In this document: positions 9,672-17,716 of the stretch, piece after piece
Layout: each line of letters begins with the position of its first letter
Numbering within the stretch: the stretch's first letter is position 1
From: Candidatus Limnocylindrales bacterium
GTDB lineage: Bacteria; Chloroflexota; Limnocylindria; Limnocylindrales; CSP1-4
Direction of reading: 5' to 3'
Assembly: GCA_035699625.1 (NCBI GenBank)
Contig: DASSPM010000008.1
Coordinates: 1 to 47,872 of the forward strand
DNA length: 47,872 bases
Notes under the pieces: generated by a model
Seen by the model: the letters and a program-made list of their open reading frames with translations, nothing else
The model's database searches: none
Told to the model about the DNA's origin: nothing
Made by a program: the position numbers and the translations under genes

Positions 9672-10504
9672 CAGGCGCGCCCCGCCGGTGCCGCGGCGGC
9701 CCGGAGGCGCTCGGCGAGGGCGCGCGCGCCGTCGGCGTCGAGGCCCTCCTGGGGCGCGCCGTCGAGGGTCACGAAGGGTCCGCCCGGCGACTCGCCCTGG
9801 CAGTCGGCCGGTGCCAGCCGGGCGACGCCGTCGGGGCTGACGCCGCCCACGCTGGTGCCCAGCGCCTCCTCCAGCGCGGCCACGATGCGGCCGGCGCCGC
9901 GCATGGCGCAGGCGGCGCAGCGGCAGACGCCGATCTCGTGCGTCGTGGGCGGCTCCAGGCGCAGGTGCTCGTAGCTGGTGGCCGTGCCGTAGAGCTCGCT
10001 GTACCAGGCGCCGGTCTGGTGGCTGATGTGCTTGAGCGCCGCCACGGGCAGGTGGCCGTAGGCCTCCTGGGTCCGCTCCAGGATGCGCAGCATCCGCTTG
10101 GGGTCGTACTCCTCCTCTTCCAGGATGCGCTCCAGCGGCCCGAGGTCGACCGGCACGAAGTCGCTGAAGGCCTCGTCCGGCACGGGCCGCCCGGAGCGCC
10201 GCAGGGCCGACTCCTCGCGCCGCTCGGCGTACTGCTCGGCCGGGCCCCAGTGGACGTGGAAGCGGTTCTTGGTGTCCACGCCGCCCATGTCGATGATCTC
10301 GATGGGGCAGGCCTGCGCGCACTGGAAGCAGGTCTCGCACTTGAGGTTGCCGTACTCGTCGTAGAGCAGGATGAGGCGGCCGCGGTGGCGCGGGGCGATC
10401 TCCTGGACCTCCTCGGGGTACTGCACCGTGGCCTTGCGCTGGAGCATGCGCAGCAGCGTGCGGGCCATGCCCTTCACGACGCCGATGCCGGGCATCAGGC
10501 TCAT
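9671..10504 (-). CDS. Fusion of NuoI N-terminal half and NuoE-like 2Fe-2S thioredoxin-fold domain
   Basis: ATVQYPEE...PRHRGRL...CETCFQCAQACP (one ferredoxin motif only), then ILERTQEAYGHLP...LYGTATSY...HEIGVCRCAAC...DG...DCQG (NuoE-like). Confidence 0.85.
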   Translation of the reverse strand: MSLMPGIGVVKGMARTLLRMLQRKATVQYPEEVQEIAPRHRGRLILLYDEYGNLKCETCFQCAQACPIEIIDMGGVDTKNRFHVHWGPAEQYAERREESALRRSGRPVPDEAFSDFVPVDLGPLERILEEEEYDPKRMLRILERTQEAYGHLPVAALKHISHQTGAWYSELYGTATSYEHLRLEPPTTHEIGVCRCAACAMRGAGRIVAALEEALGTSVGGVSPDGVARLAPADCQGESPGGPFVTLDGAPQEGLDADGARALAERLRAAAAPAGRA

Positions 10505-10508
10505 CTGG

Positions 10509-11924
10509 TCACCGCAGCTGCTCGACGACGACGACCGCGGCGGCCGTCACGAAGAGGTTCAGCAGCGCCGCCGGCAGCAGCCACTTCCAGGCGAAGCCCA
10601 TCAGCTGGTCGACGCGCACCCGCGGCAACGTGCCGCGCATCCAGACGAAGACGAAGACGAAGAAGTAGGTCTTGGCCAGGAACCAGATGAGCCCCAGCAC
10701 GACCTCGAAGCTGAGCGTCAGCCAGAGGCCGACGAGGGCGCCGGCGAGGACGTTGAAGAGGATGAAGCCGACCACCAGCGACTTCAGGAAGGACCAGTCG
10801 CTCCTGAGCATCCAGATGGGCAGGGTCAGCAGCAGGATGGCCAGCGGCGGCACGATGAGCACGCCGAATAGGAGCAGGTGGCCCAGGCGCGAGGGGTCGA
10901 TGGTGGGGTCGACGCCGATGCCGAACTGCGAGAGCAGCAGGCCGAGGTCGATGGGTGCCGTCCAGCCGCCCAGGAAGAGCACCACCGTGAGCGCCGAGAG
11001 GATGAAGACGTTGACGTACTCGGCGAAGAAGAAGAAACCGAAGCGCATGCCGCTGTACTCGGTGGCGAAGCCGGCCACGATCTCGCTGTCGGCCTCGGTC
11101 AGGTCGAAGGGCGCCCGGTTGCCCTCCGCCGTGGCGGCGATGAAGAAGATCAGGAAGGCCAGCGGCTGCTGCCAGACGTACCAGTCGAGGAAGGTCAGGC
11201 TGCGCAGGATGGGCGGCCCGCTGGTCAGACCCGACTGGTTGAGCACGATCTGGTTGAGGCTCATCGTGCCGGCCAGGATGATCACGCCGACCACGGCCAG
11301 CGTGAGCGGGATCTCGTAGCTGATGATCTGGGCCGCCGCGCGCAGGCCGCCCAGCAGCGAGTACTTGTTGAAGCTCGACCAGCCGGCCATGAGCAGGCCC
11401 AGCACGGTCAGGCCGCCCATGGCGAAGAAGTAGAGCAGGCCGATGTTCATGTCCATGCCGATGAGGCCGGGCGCGAAGGGCAGCACCAGGAAGGCCAGCA
11501 CGGACGAGAGGTAGGTCACGATGGGCGCCAGGGTGAAGACCGCCACGTCCGCGCCCGTGGGCGTGTAGTCCTCCTTGGCCAGCACCTTGAAGCCGTGGAT
11601 GGCCGACTGGAGGAGGCCCCAGGGCCCGACCCGGTTGGGCCCCAGGCGGAGGTTCATCAGGGCGATGAACTTCATCTCCATGTAGATGATCACGAAGGCC
11701 GTGGGCACGGTGAAGAGGAGCACGGCCGTGGCGGCCACGATGAAGCGGACGATGCCGATGTTGTCGACCGCCAGCTGGATCAGCCAGCCCAGCAGGAAGG
11801 GGATGATGCCCGTGGCCACGCCGGCCACCAGGACGATCGTCAGGAGCAGCAGGAGCAGCAGCAGCGGCAGGACGATCTTGCCCGCCAGCGTGAGGCGGCT
11901 CCAGGGCCGCGCCAGGACGCTCAC
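10509..11924 (-). CDS. nuoH: NADH-quinone oxidoreductase subunit H (long, with extra hydrophobic segments)
   Basis: GTG 11924 overlapping the nuoD stop; RLGPNRVGPWGLLQ, KYSLLGGLRAAAQIISYEIP, AEGNRAPFDLTEADSEIVAGFATEYSG, RGTLPRVRVDQLM. Confidence 0.94.
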   Translation of the reverse strand: MSVLARPWSRLTLAGKIVLPLLLLLLLLTIVLVAGVATGIIPFLLGWLIQLAVDNIGIVRFIVAATAVLLFTVPTAFVIIYMEMKFIALMNLRLGPNRVGPWGLLQSAIHGFKVLAKEDYTPTGADVAVFTLAPIVTYLSSVLAFLVLPFAPGLIGMDMNIGLLYFFAMGGLTVLGLLMAGWSSFNKYSLLGGLRAAAQIISYEIPLTLAVVGVIILAGTMSLNQIVLNQSGLTSGPPILRSLTFLDWYVWQQPLAFLIFFIAATAEGNRAPFDLTEADSEIVAGFATEYSGMRFGFFFFAEYVNVFILSALTVVLFLGGWTAPIDLGLLLSQFGIGVDPTIDPSRLGHLLLFGVLIVPPLAILLLTLPIWMLRSDWSFLKSLVVGFILFNVLAGALVGLWLTLSFEVVLGLIWFLAKTYFFVFVFVWMRGTLPRVRVDQLMGFAWKWLLPAALLNLFVTAAAVVVVEQLR

Positions 11925-13144
11925 TTGTCCACGCCGCCCATGATCGGGTCGAGGCTGGCCATGATGGCCATCGTGTCGGCGATGAGGTTGCCCGGCATGA
12001 GCAGCCCGACCGTCTGGAGGTTGAAGTAGGACGGGTCGTGGATGCGGAAGCGGAAGGGCTGGTCGGAGCCGTCGCTCATGGCGTAGACGGCGTACTGGCC
12101 GCGCGGGCTCTCGAGCGCGGCGAAGGCGCGCCCGGGCGGGATGCGCAGCAGGCGCGGCAGCTTGGCCATGACCGGCCCGTCGGGCATCTGGTGCAGCACC
12201 TGGTCGATGATGTGGATGCTCTGGCGGATCTCGTCCAGGTGGAGCAGGTAGCGCGCGTAGCTGTCGCCTTCGGTGCGCGTCGGGATGCCGAACTCGAGCT
12301 CGGGGTAGACGCTGTAGGGATGCGCCCGGCGCACGTCGTAGGGGATGCCCGTGGCGCGCAGGGGCGGACCCGTGAGGCACATGCGCAGGGCCGTGGCGCG
12401 GTCGATGGTGCCCAGGCCGCGCACGCGCTTGACGAAGATCTCGTTCTCGTTGATGAGCGTCTGGCTGTCCTCGATGCGATGCGCGGCGCGGCTCATCCAG
12501 TCGCCCAGCCGGCTCAGGAAGTCGTGGTTGAGGTCGCCGTTGACGCCGCCGATGCGCAGGTAGTTGAAGAGCAGCCGCTGACCGGTCAGCGAGGCCAGCA
12601 TCTCGACGATCTCGTCACGCTCGATGAAGCCGTAGAGGATGGGCGTCAGGCCGCCCAGGTCGAGCGCCAGCCAGCCCATGAAGAGGGCGTGGCTGGAGAT
12701 GCGGTTGAGCTCCCAGGCCAGGACGCGGATGTACTCGGCGCGGCGGGGCACCTTGAGCTCGAGCAGCTTCTCGGCCGCCAGCACCGGCAGCGCCTCGCTG
12801 AACATCGAGGCGATGTACTCCAGCGGGTCGCAGTTGCTGATGGCCATGTGCCAGTCGCAGTTCTCGCAGATCTTCTCGACGCCGCGGTGGAGGTAGCCCA
12901 GCACGGGGTCCAGGTCGACCACCCGCTCGCCGTCGATCTTGAGCACGACGCGCAGCACGCCGTGGGTCGAGGGGTGCTGCGGCCCGAGGTTGATGAGCAT
13001 CTCGCCGTCGCGCAGCGTGTAGAACTCGGCCTCGCGCTCGGTCTGCGGCGGGTAGGGCGGCACCGCGTCGTAGATGGTGGCGGGCGTGTCGACGATGACC
13101 GTCGGGTCGTCGAGCGAGCGGACGCGGGTCGGGTCGGCGGCCAT
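11921..13144 (-). CDS. nuoD: NADH-quinone oxidoreductase subunit D
   Basis: ATG 13144; NLGPQHPSTHGVLR, GYLHRGVEK, ELNRISSH, ESPRG, RFRIHDPS; no NiFe-binding CxxC motifs seen. Confidence 0.95.
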   Translation of the reverse strand: MAADPTRVRSLDDPTVIVDTPATIYDAVPPYPPQTEREAEFYTLRDGEMLINLGPQHPSTHGVLRVVLKIDGERVVDLDPVLGYLHRGVEKICENCDWHMAISNCDPLEYIASMFSEALPVLAAEKLLELKVPRRAEYIRVLAWELNRISSHALFMGWLALDLGGLTPILYGFIERDEIVEMLASLTGQRLLFNYLRIGGVNGDLNHDFLSRLGDWMSRAAHRIEDSQTLINENEIFVKRVRGLGTIDRATALRMCLTGPPLRATGIPYDVRRAHPYSVYPELEFGIPTRTEGDSYARYLLHLDEIRQSIHIIDQVLHQMPDGPVMAKLPRLLRIPPGRAFAALESPRGQYAVYAMSDGSDQPFRFRIHDPSYFNLQTVGLLMPGNLIADTMAIMASLDPIMGGVDK

Positions 13145-13695
13145 CAGTCCAGCTGGCTCCGGCGCAGGAGGACCTCGTCGGGCGCGTCGGCGGGCGGCGC
13201 GGTCTGCTCCATGTGGCGCACGCCCATGCCCGGCGAGCGGGCGGCGTCGTCGGGCAGCAGGAAGTCCTTGCGCAGCGGGAAGGACTTGTAGTCGGGCGGC
13301 ATGTAGATGCGGCGCAGGTCCCGGTTGCCCTCGAAGATGATGCCGAACATGTCGTAGGCCTCGCGCTCGCCCCACTCCGCGCCCTTCCAGAGGAAGGTCA
13401 CCGAGGGGACGCGCGGGTCGTCGCGCGGCAGGTCGTCGGCGATGACGCGCAGCCAGTCGGGCGAGGTCGCCGACCAGAGATGGTAGACGACCTGCATCTT
13501 GCGGCCCGTGTCGACACCGCAGATGTCGGCCAGCAGCGTGAAGCGCAGGTCGGGGTCGTCGTGCAGCGTGCGCATCACGTCGATCACGTCGCCCGCGGCG
13601 ATGCGCAGCTCGGTCGTGTCCTGCTTCTGCCAGACGGGTCCGAGGAGGCGGTCGCCGAGGCGGGCTTCGAGGCGGCGCTTGAGGGCGCTGTCCGT
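13144..13695 (-). CDS. nuoC: NADH-quinone oxidoreductase subunit C (start uncertain; probably ACG at 13695)
   Basis: LADICGVD, VPSVTFLWKGAEWGEREAYDMFGIIFEGNRDLRRIYMP...FPLRKDF. The reading frame stays NuoC-like for 36 codons upstream of the first canonical start (13587), up to a strong AAAGGAG. Confidence 0.9.
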   Translation of the reverse strand, partial: TDSALKRRLEARLGDRLLGPVWQKQDTTELRIAAGDVIDVMRTLHDDPDLRFTLLADICGVDTGRKMQVVYHLWSATSPDWLRVIADDLPRDDPRVPSVTFLWKGAEWGEREAYDMFGIIFEGNRDLRRIYMPPDYKSFPLRKDFLLPDDAARSPGMGVRHMEQTAPPADAPDEVLLRRSQLD

Positions 13696-13714
13696 CGCGG
13701 GCTCCTTTCGGTGG

Positions 13715-14527
13715 TCAGACGCCGGCCGGCACCGACGGCCCGATCTGGCGCTCGCGCCAGTGGCCGCGCCGCTCGCGGATGAGCTGCTGCAGCTTGAGCA
13801 TGCCGTAGATGAGGCCCTCCGGGCGCGGCGGGCAGCCGGGCACGTAGACGTCCACGGGCATGATCCGGTCGATGCCCTCGACCGTGGCGTAGGAGCGCTT
13901 GTAGCGGCCGCCCGAGCAGGTGCAGTCGCCCATGGCCACGCACCACTTGGGCTCGGGCATCTGCTCCCAGAGGCGCAGCAGCGGACCGGCCATCTTGGTC
14001 GTCAGCGTGCCGGCCACGATGAGCACGTCCGCCTGGCGCGGGCTGGCCCGGAAGGGGAACATGCCGAAGCGGTCCATGTCGTTGCGACTGGTGGCTGCCG
14101 ACATCATCTCCATGGCGCAGCAGGCGAGGCCCGAGAGGAGCGGCCAGAGGCTGTTGAGACGGATCAGGTCGAGCACGTAGTCGGCCGTCGTGGGGATGAC
14201 CTCCAGGGCGCCCGACCAGCGCGCGTTGTCGCTGTGGTCGCCGTGCATGGCCAGCTCGCGCAGGTGGGTCACGGCCGGCGGCCCGGCGTAGGCCGTGGGG
14301 TCGGCCGCCTCCCAGAAGGTGTTGGGCACCACGATCGGCTCGGCCACCGCCCGCTCGCCGCTCGCCTCGAGGCTCATCACGGCCGGTTCATTGCTCGGCT
14401 GGTCGGAGGACATGGGGGTCTGCTCGGCGGCGTCGGACGCGGCGGAAATGGCGGTCGGCTCGGCGGGGGCCGGCTCGGCGGGGGCCGGCTCGCTGCGGGC
14501 GCGGCGGCCGCGCTTGGTCACTTCCAC
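13715..14527 (-). CDS. nuoB: NADH-quinone oxidoreductase subunit B with long N-terminal extension
   Basis: [50 protein letters not shown]; start GTG 14527 or 14521 overlapping the nuoA end. Confidence 0.93.
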   Translation of the reverse strand: MEVTKRGRRARSEPAPAEPAPAEPTAISAASDAAEQTPMSSDQPSNEPAVMSLEASGERAVAEPIVVPNTFWEAADPTAYAGPPAVTHLRELAMHGDHSDNARWSGALEVIPTTADYVLDLIRLNSLWPLLSGLACCAMEMMSAATSRNDMDRFGMFPFRASPRQADVLIVAGTLTTKMAGPLLRLWEQMPEPKWCVAMGDCTCSGGRYKRSYATVEGIDRIMPVDVYVPGCPPRPEGLIYGMLKLQQLIRERRGHWRERQIGPSVPAGV

Positions 14528-14880
14528 GTCAGGACCCCCTTGCGCCAGGCGTAGCCCAGCCCGAAGAGCAGGATGGCCACGAAGACGAACATGCTCACCA
14601 GGCCGCCCAGCAGCACGTCCTGGAAGACGAGCGCCCAGAGGTAGATGAAGACGACCTCGATGTCGAAGGCCACGAAGAGCAGGGCATAGATGTAGAAGGA
14701 GAGGCCGAAGCGGCCCCAGGTGTCGCCGTACGTGTCGATGCCCGACTCGTAGGGCAGCCCCTTGTGGCGGTCGCCCTTGTTGCGGTGGCTGAGCAGCCAC
14801 GCCATGACGATCGTGATGAGCACGAAGGTGAACCCGGCGAACGCGAAGCCGAGCACGTACCAGATGCCAGGACCGGTCAC
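14518..14880 (-). CDS. nuoA: NADH-quinone oxidoreductase subunit A
   Basis: 120 aa, 3 TM; [37 protein letters not shown]. Confidence 0.95.
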   Translation of the reverse strand: MTGPGIWYVLGFAFAGFTFVLITIVMAWLLSHRNKGDRHKGLPYESGIDTYGDTWGRFGLSFYIYALLFVAFDIEVVFIYLWALVFQDVLLGGLVSMFVFVAILLFGLGYAWRKGVLTWK

Positions 14881-14958
14881 GAAGGCCTCACAGACAGCAG
14901 ACGTGCAGGGTCGTCACCCGTCCGAGTCTTGCTCCGGGTCGTCACTGCACGCACGCTC

Positions 14959-14964
14959 ATTCTA
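14959..14964 (-). promoter_or_regulatory. Probable sigma70-type -10 element (TAGAAT) of the nuo operon
   Basis: Minus strand reads TAGAAT about 80 nt upstream of nuoA; AT-rich hexamers are rare in this GC-rich sequence. Confidence 0.55.
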
Positions 14965-14967
14965 GCG

Positions 14968-16071
14968 TCAGCGCCGCCTCGGCCGCGGCGCCAGGAGGAG
15001 CGGCACACCCGGCCCGACGAGCGTGTGGCCGCCGAGCAGGATGGGCAGGTCGGCGCGCTCGGCGGCGCTGCGCGTGAGCGCGGCCAGCCAGGCATCCCGC
15101 ACGCCGTCGGGCCGCAGCAGGTCGCTGCCGAAGCGGTCCTCGGGGGGCGGCCAGGCCGACTCGTCGGCGCCGAGCCGGTCGGCCAGGAGGACGCGCGAGT
15201 CGATGATGGCGCCGTCGGCCAGTTCGGCCACCGCGGCCCCCAGCGCTGCCGGCCCGCCGCGGGCGTCGAGCAGCCGGCCCAGGCTCGCGCGCGGCGGCCT
15301 GGCTCTGGGGAGGGTGGTCTCCGCGGGCCGGCCGCCGATGGCCAGCGGGCTCGAAGCACGCAGGCCGCGCTCCTCGGCCAGGAAGCGCACGCGGCAGCGC
15401 ACGTTCCGCTCCAGCCAGCGCAGCGTGGCCGCGGACGAGCGGCCGAAGAGGAGCAGCTCGCGGCGCGGATCGGCCGCCAGCGCCCGCAGCTCGTCGGCGC
15501 GCGGCACGGCCAGCCCCTCGGTGCGAGCGAGGCGGCGCAGGGGCGCCGGCGCCGTCGGGGCCAGCGCCAGCAGGGCGATGTCGAGCGGCGAGTCGAGGTC
15601 GAGGGCCAGGCGCCTCCGCCCGGGCAGCTCGGCGACCGTGAAGCCGGCCCGCTCCTCGAGCCAGCGCGGCAGGGCGTTATCGCTGGGCAGCGGCGGCACG
15701 TCGCGCAGGACGGCCGCGGCCGCCACGGCGCAGACGTCCGAGGAGTGGCGGTTGTTGGTCAGGGCGCGGCGCCCCGTGCCGCCGGCGGCCGCCAGCAGGC
15801 GCTGCGCGTCGCCAGGGGAGAGGCGCGCCACCGCGCCGGCACCGAGCAGGACCAGGCCACCGCGCAGGCGCCCGGCGGCGTCGGCCAGCCACTCGCCGAA
15901 GGTGGCGCGCAGCTCAGGCTCGAGAACCGCCACGCGCGTCGCTCCCGCGGCCCGGAAGAGCTGGTCGTGGTGCTCGGCCAGCAGCGAGCGCGCGTGCGCG
16001 AGCAGCTGCGTCAGCGGACCGTCCCCTGGCGCCGCCGGGCGGTGCAGGATGATGACGTCGACGTCGGGCAT
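14968..16071 (-). CDS. Hypothetical protein, possible CofC-like nucleotidyltransferase fold
   Basis: 367 aa ORF with GC-biased codon usage; TNNRHSSD, LPSDNALPRWL, and LDLDSPLDI resembling the DxDTxxDL motif of CofC/GT-A proteins. Confidence 0.5.
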   Translation of the reverse strand: MPDVDVIILHRPAAPGDGPLTQLLAHARSLLAEHHDQLFRAAGATRVAVLEPELRATFGEWLADAAGRLRGGLVLLGAGAVARLSPGDAQRLLAAAGGTGRRALTNNRHSSDVCAVAAAAVLRDVPPLPSDNALPRWLEERAGFTVAELPGRRRLALDLDSPLDIALLALAPTAPAPLRRLARTEGLAVPRADELRALAADPRRELLLFGRSSAATLRWLERNVRCRVRFLAEERGLRASSPLAIGGRPAETTLPRARPPRASLGRLLDARGGPAALGAAVAELADGAIIDSRVLLADRLGADESAWPPPEDRFGSDLLRPDGVRDAWLAALTRSAAERADLPILLGGHTLVGPGVPLLLAPRPRRR

Positions 16072-16099
16072 CTCCCGGCGAGTCTAGGTCGGAGGAGCG

Positions 16100-16702
16100 G
16101 TGGGCGGACGGGTGCGCGCCTACATCGGGCTGGGCGCCAACGTGGGCGACGCGCCGGCCACGCTGGCCGCGGCGGTGCACGCCCTGGCGGCGCTGCCGGG
16201 CGTGCGCCTGCGGGGAGTCTCGCCGCTCTACCGCACGCGGCCGGTCGGAGTGACCGACCAGCCCGACTTCCACAACGCGGTGGTCGCCCTGGACGTCCCC
16301 GCCGGGCCCGACCCGGCCACCGGCGCGCTGGCGCTGCTGCTCGCGCTGAAGGGCCTCGAGGCCGCCTTCGGGCGGCGCGAGCGAGGGCGCTGGGGCCCGC
16401 GCGAGCTCGACCTCGACCTGCTCGTCTTCGGACGCCACCGGCTGCGCGTCGAGCGGCCGCCCGCGGCGCGCAGCGCCGACCCGATGCGGCCATCCGTGCA
16501 GTGGCTCGAGGTGCCACATCCCGCCGCGCGGGACCGGCTCTTCGTGCTCGCCCCACTGGCCGACCTGGCGCCCGGCCTGCGTCCTCCCGGCTGGGGCGAG
16601 AACGTCGCCTCGGCGCGGGCCCGCCAGGAGTCCGTGGCGGGCGCCAGCGCGGCGGCTCGCGTCGGGGAGTGGCGACCGTTGGGCTGGCGGATGTCCGCCT
16701 GA
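16100..16702 (+). CDS. folK: 2-amino-4-hydroxy-6-hydroxymethyldihydropteridine diphosphokinase
   Basis: AYIGLGANVG, YRTRPVG..DQPDFHNAV, RWGPRELDLDLL, VPHP..RDRLFVLAPL. Confidence 0.93.
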   Translation: MGGRVRAYIGLGANVGDAPATLAAAVHALAALPGVRLRGVSPLYRTRPVGVTDQPDFHNAVVALDVPAGPDPATGALALLLALKGLEAAFGRRERGRWGPRELDLDLLVFGRHRLRVERPPAARSADPMRPSVQWLEVPHPAARDRLFVLAPLADLAPGLRPPGWGENVASARARQESVAGASAAARVGEWRPLGWRMSA

Positions 16703-16854
16703 AACAGGCCAACGCCGCCGGCCCGGCTGGCCTCGGCCTGCAAGAGCGCGACCTGCGCCTCAAGCAGCGGGCCGAGTTCCCGATCGCCGCCTACTGCACC
16801 GGCGAGGACACGCCCTGGCTGACCCCGACGCCCGAGACGATCCGGCCCGCCGTA

Positions 16855-17196
16855 TCAGCGATACCGGTTCAGGACGAGGATCCGACCATCCACGGCCGCG
16901 CCGTGAGCCGCAGCCACGTTGCCGACGGCGGTCGCGATGTCGGCATAGGTCATGTCGCGCCGCGGGTCGTTGTCCCGGTACACCAGGAGCAGTCCCACAT
17001 GCTGCGCCGAGGCTCGAGCCAGTGGCTCGAAGTCCACGGCATTGCCGGTCAGCACGACCCCCGCCTGCCGCTGCGCGAACGCCCACACCTCTGCGTCGCC
17101 GGTCCCGGGCTCAGGGTCGACGACTTCGTGCCCGCCTGCCAGGAGGCGGCTCCGTAGCTCCTTGCTGCGGAGGTTCTCGTCAAGGCAGAGCCGCAA
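16855..17196 (-). CDS. DUF5615-type PIN-like protein (putative toxin)
   Basis: 113 aa; LDENL, DAEVWAFA...VLTGNAVDF, HVGLLLV; overlaps the end of the upstream gene. Confidence 0.75.
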   Translation of the reverse strand: MRLCLDENLRSKELRSRLLAGGHEVVDPEPGTGDAEVWAFAQRQAGVVLTGNAVDFEPLARASAQHVGLLLVYRDNDPRRDMTYADIATAVGNVAAAHGAAVDGRILVLNRYR

Positions 17197-17710
17197 CGCT
17201 CCGCTCGTATCGCTGGGCGACGATCCGGTTCTCGGCTTCCTCGGCCGCGATCAGGTCCCTGGCCGCCTCGGCGTAGCGCTGTGCCTCGATGACCGCCTCC
17301 AGCGGCAGCTCGTACTCGACGGCGGCCTCTTCGGGCGTCCACCGTTCGATCTCGATCGTGCGCGCCAGATCGCCGGCGGTCAGATTCCGGCCCTTGATCC
17401 AGAGCTGGCGCCGCCAGGGGTGGTCGCGCCGGACGAGCCAGACCCAGTCGCCTTCCGGGCGTGGCAGGCCGGCGATCAGGGGCTCTTCATAGCCGTCGGG
17501 AAGACGGTCCGCGTCGACCGCGATGACGCGTTTGCCACGCTGAAGGGCGTCGAGCACCCAGCGAAACGTCTCGAGGCTGGCTGAGACCGCATCGCTGAGG
17601 ACGCCGCGGTAGTAGAGCGCGGCGACCTGCCGAACGTGCAGGTCGGTCGACTCCGGCACATCCGCGGTGATGCGGTGCCGCGGACGGGCTGTTGGCTTCG
17701 GTGAGGCCAT
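17180..17710 (-). CDS. Putative antitoxin: RHH-like N-terminus + DUF433-like HTH domain
   Basis: From MASPKP (ATG 17710); RITADVP...SDAVSASL (RHH-like); HPWRRQLWIKGRNL...TPEEAAVEYELPLEAVIEAQRY (DUF433-like); directly upstream of the PIN gene. Confidence 0.65.
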   Translation of the reverse strand: MASPKPTARPRHRITADVPESTDLHVRQVAALYYRGVLSDAVSASLETFRWVLDALQRGKRVIAVDADRLPDGYEEPLIAGLPRPEGDWVWLVRRDHPWRRQLWIKGRNLTAGDLARTIEIERWTPEEAAVEYELPLEAVIEAQRYAEAARDLIAAEEAENRIVAQRYERSVAALP

Positions 17711-17716
17711 GTCTTC

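Noticed and set aside
12824-12826. Idea that the Arg-to-Pro change in NuoD removes the MidA methylation target
   Set aside because: The methylated Arg is the one in LHRG, which is intact; the DRLDY Arg is a different residue.
11921-13144. NuoD as a group 4 NiFe-hydrogenase large subunit
   Set aside because: No N- or C-terminal CxxC nickel-binding motifs; the quinone-site His and Tyr are present.
14881-14968. Rex operator upstream of nuoA
   Set aside because: No TTGTGAA-N4-TTCACAA-like palindrome is visible.
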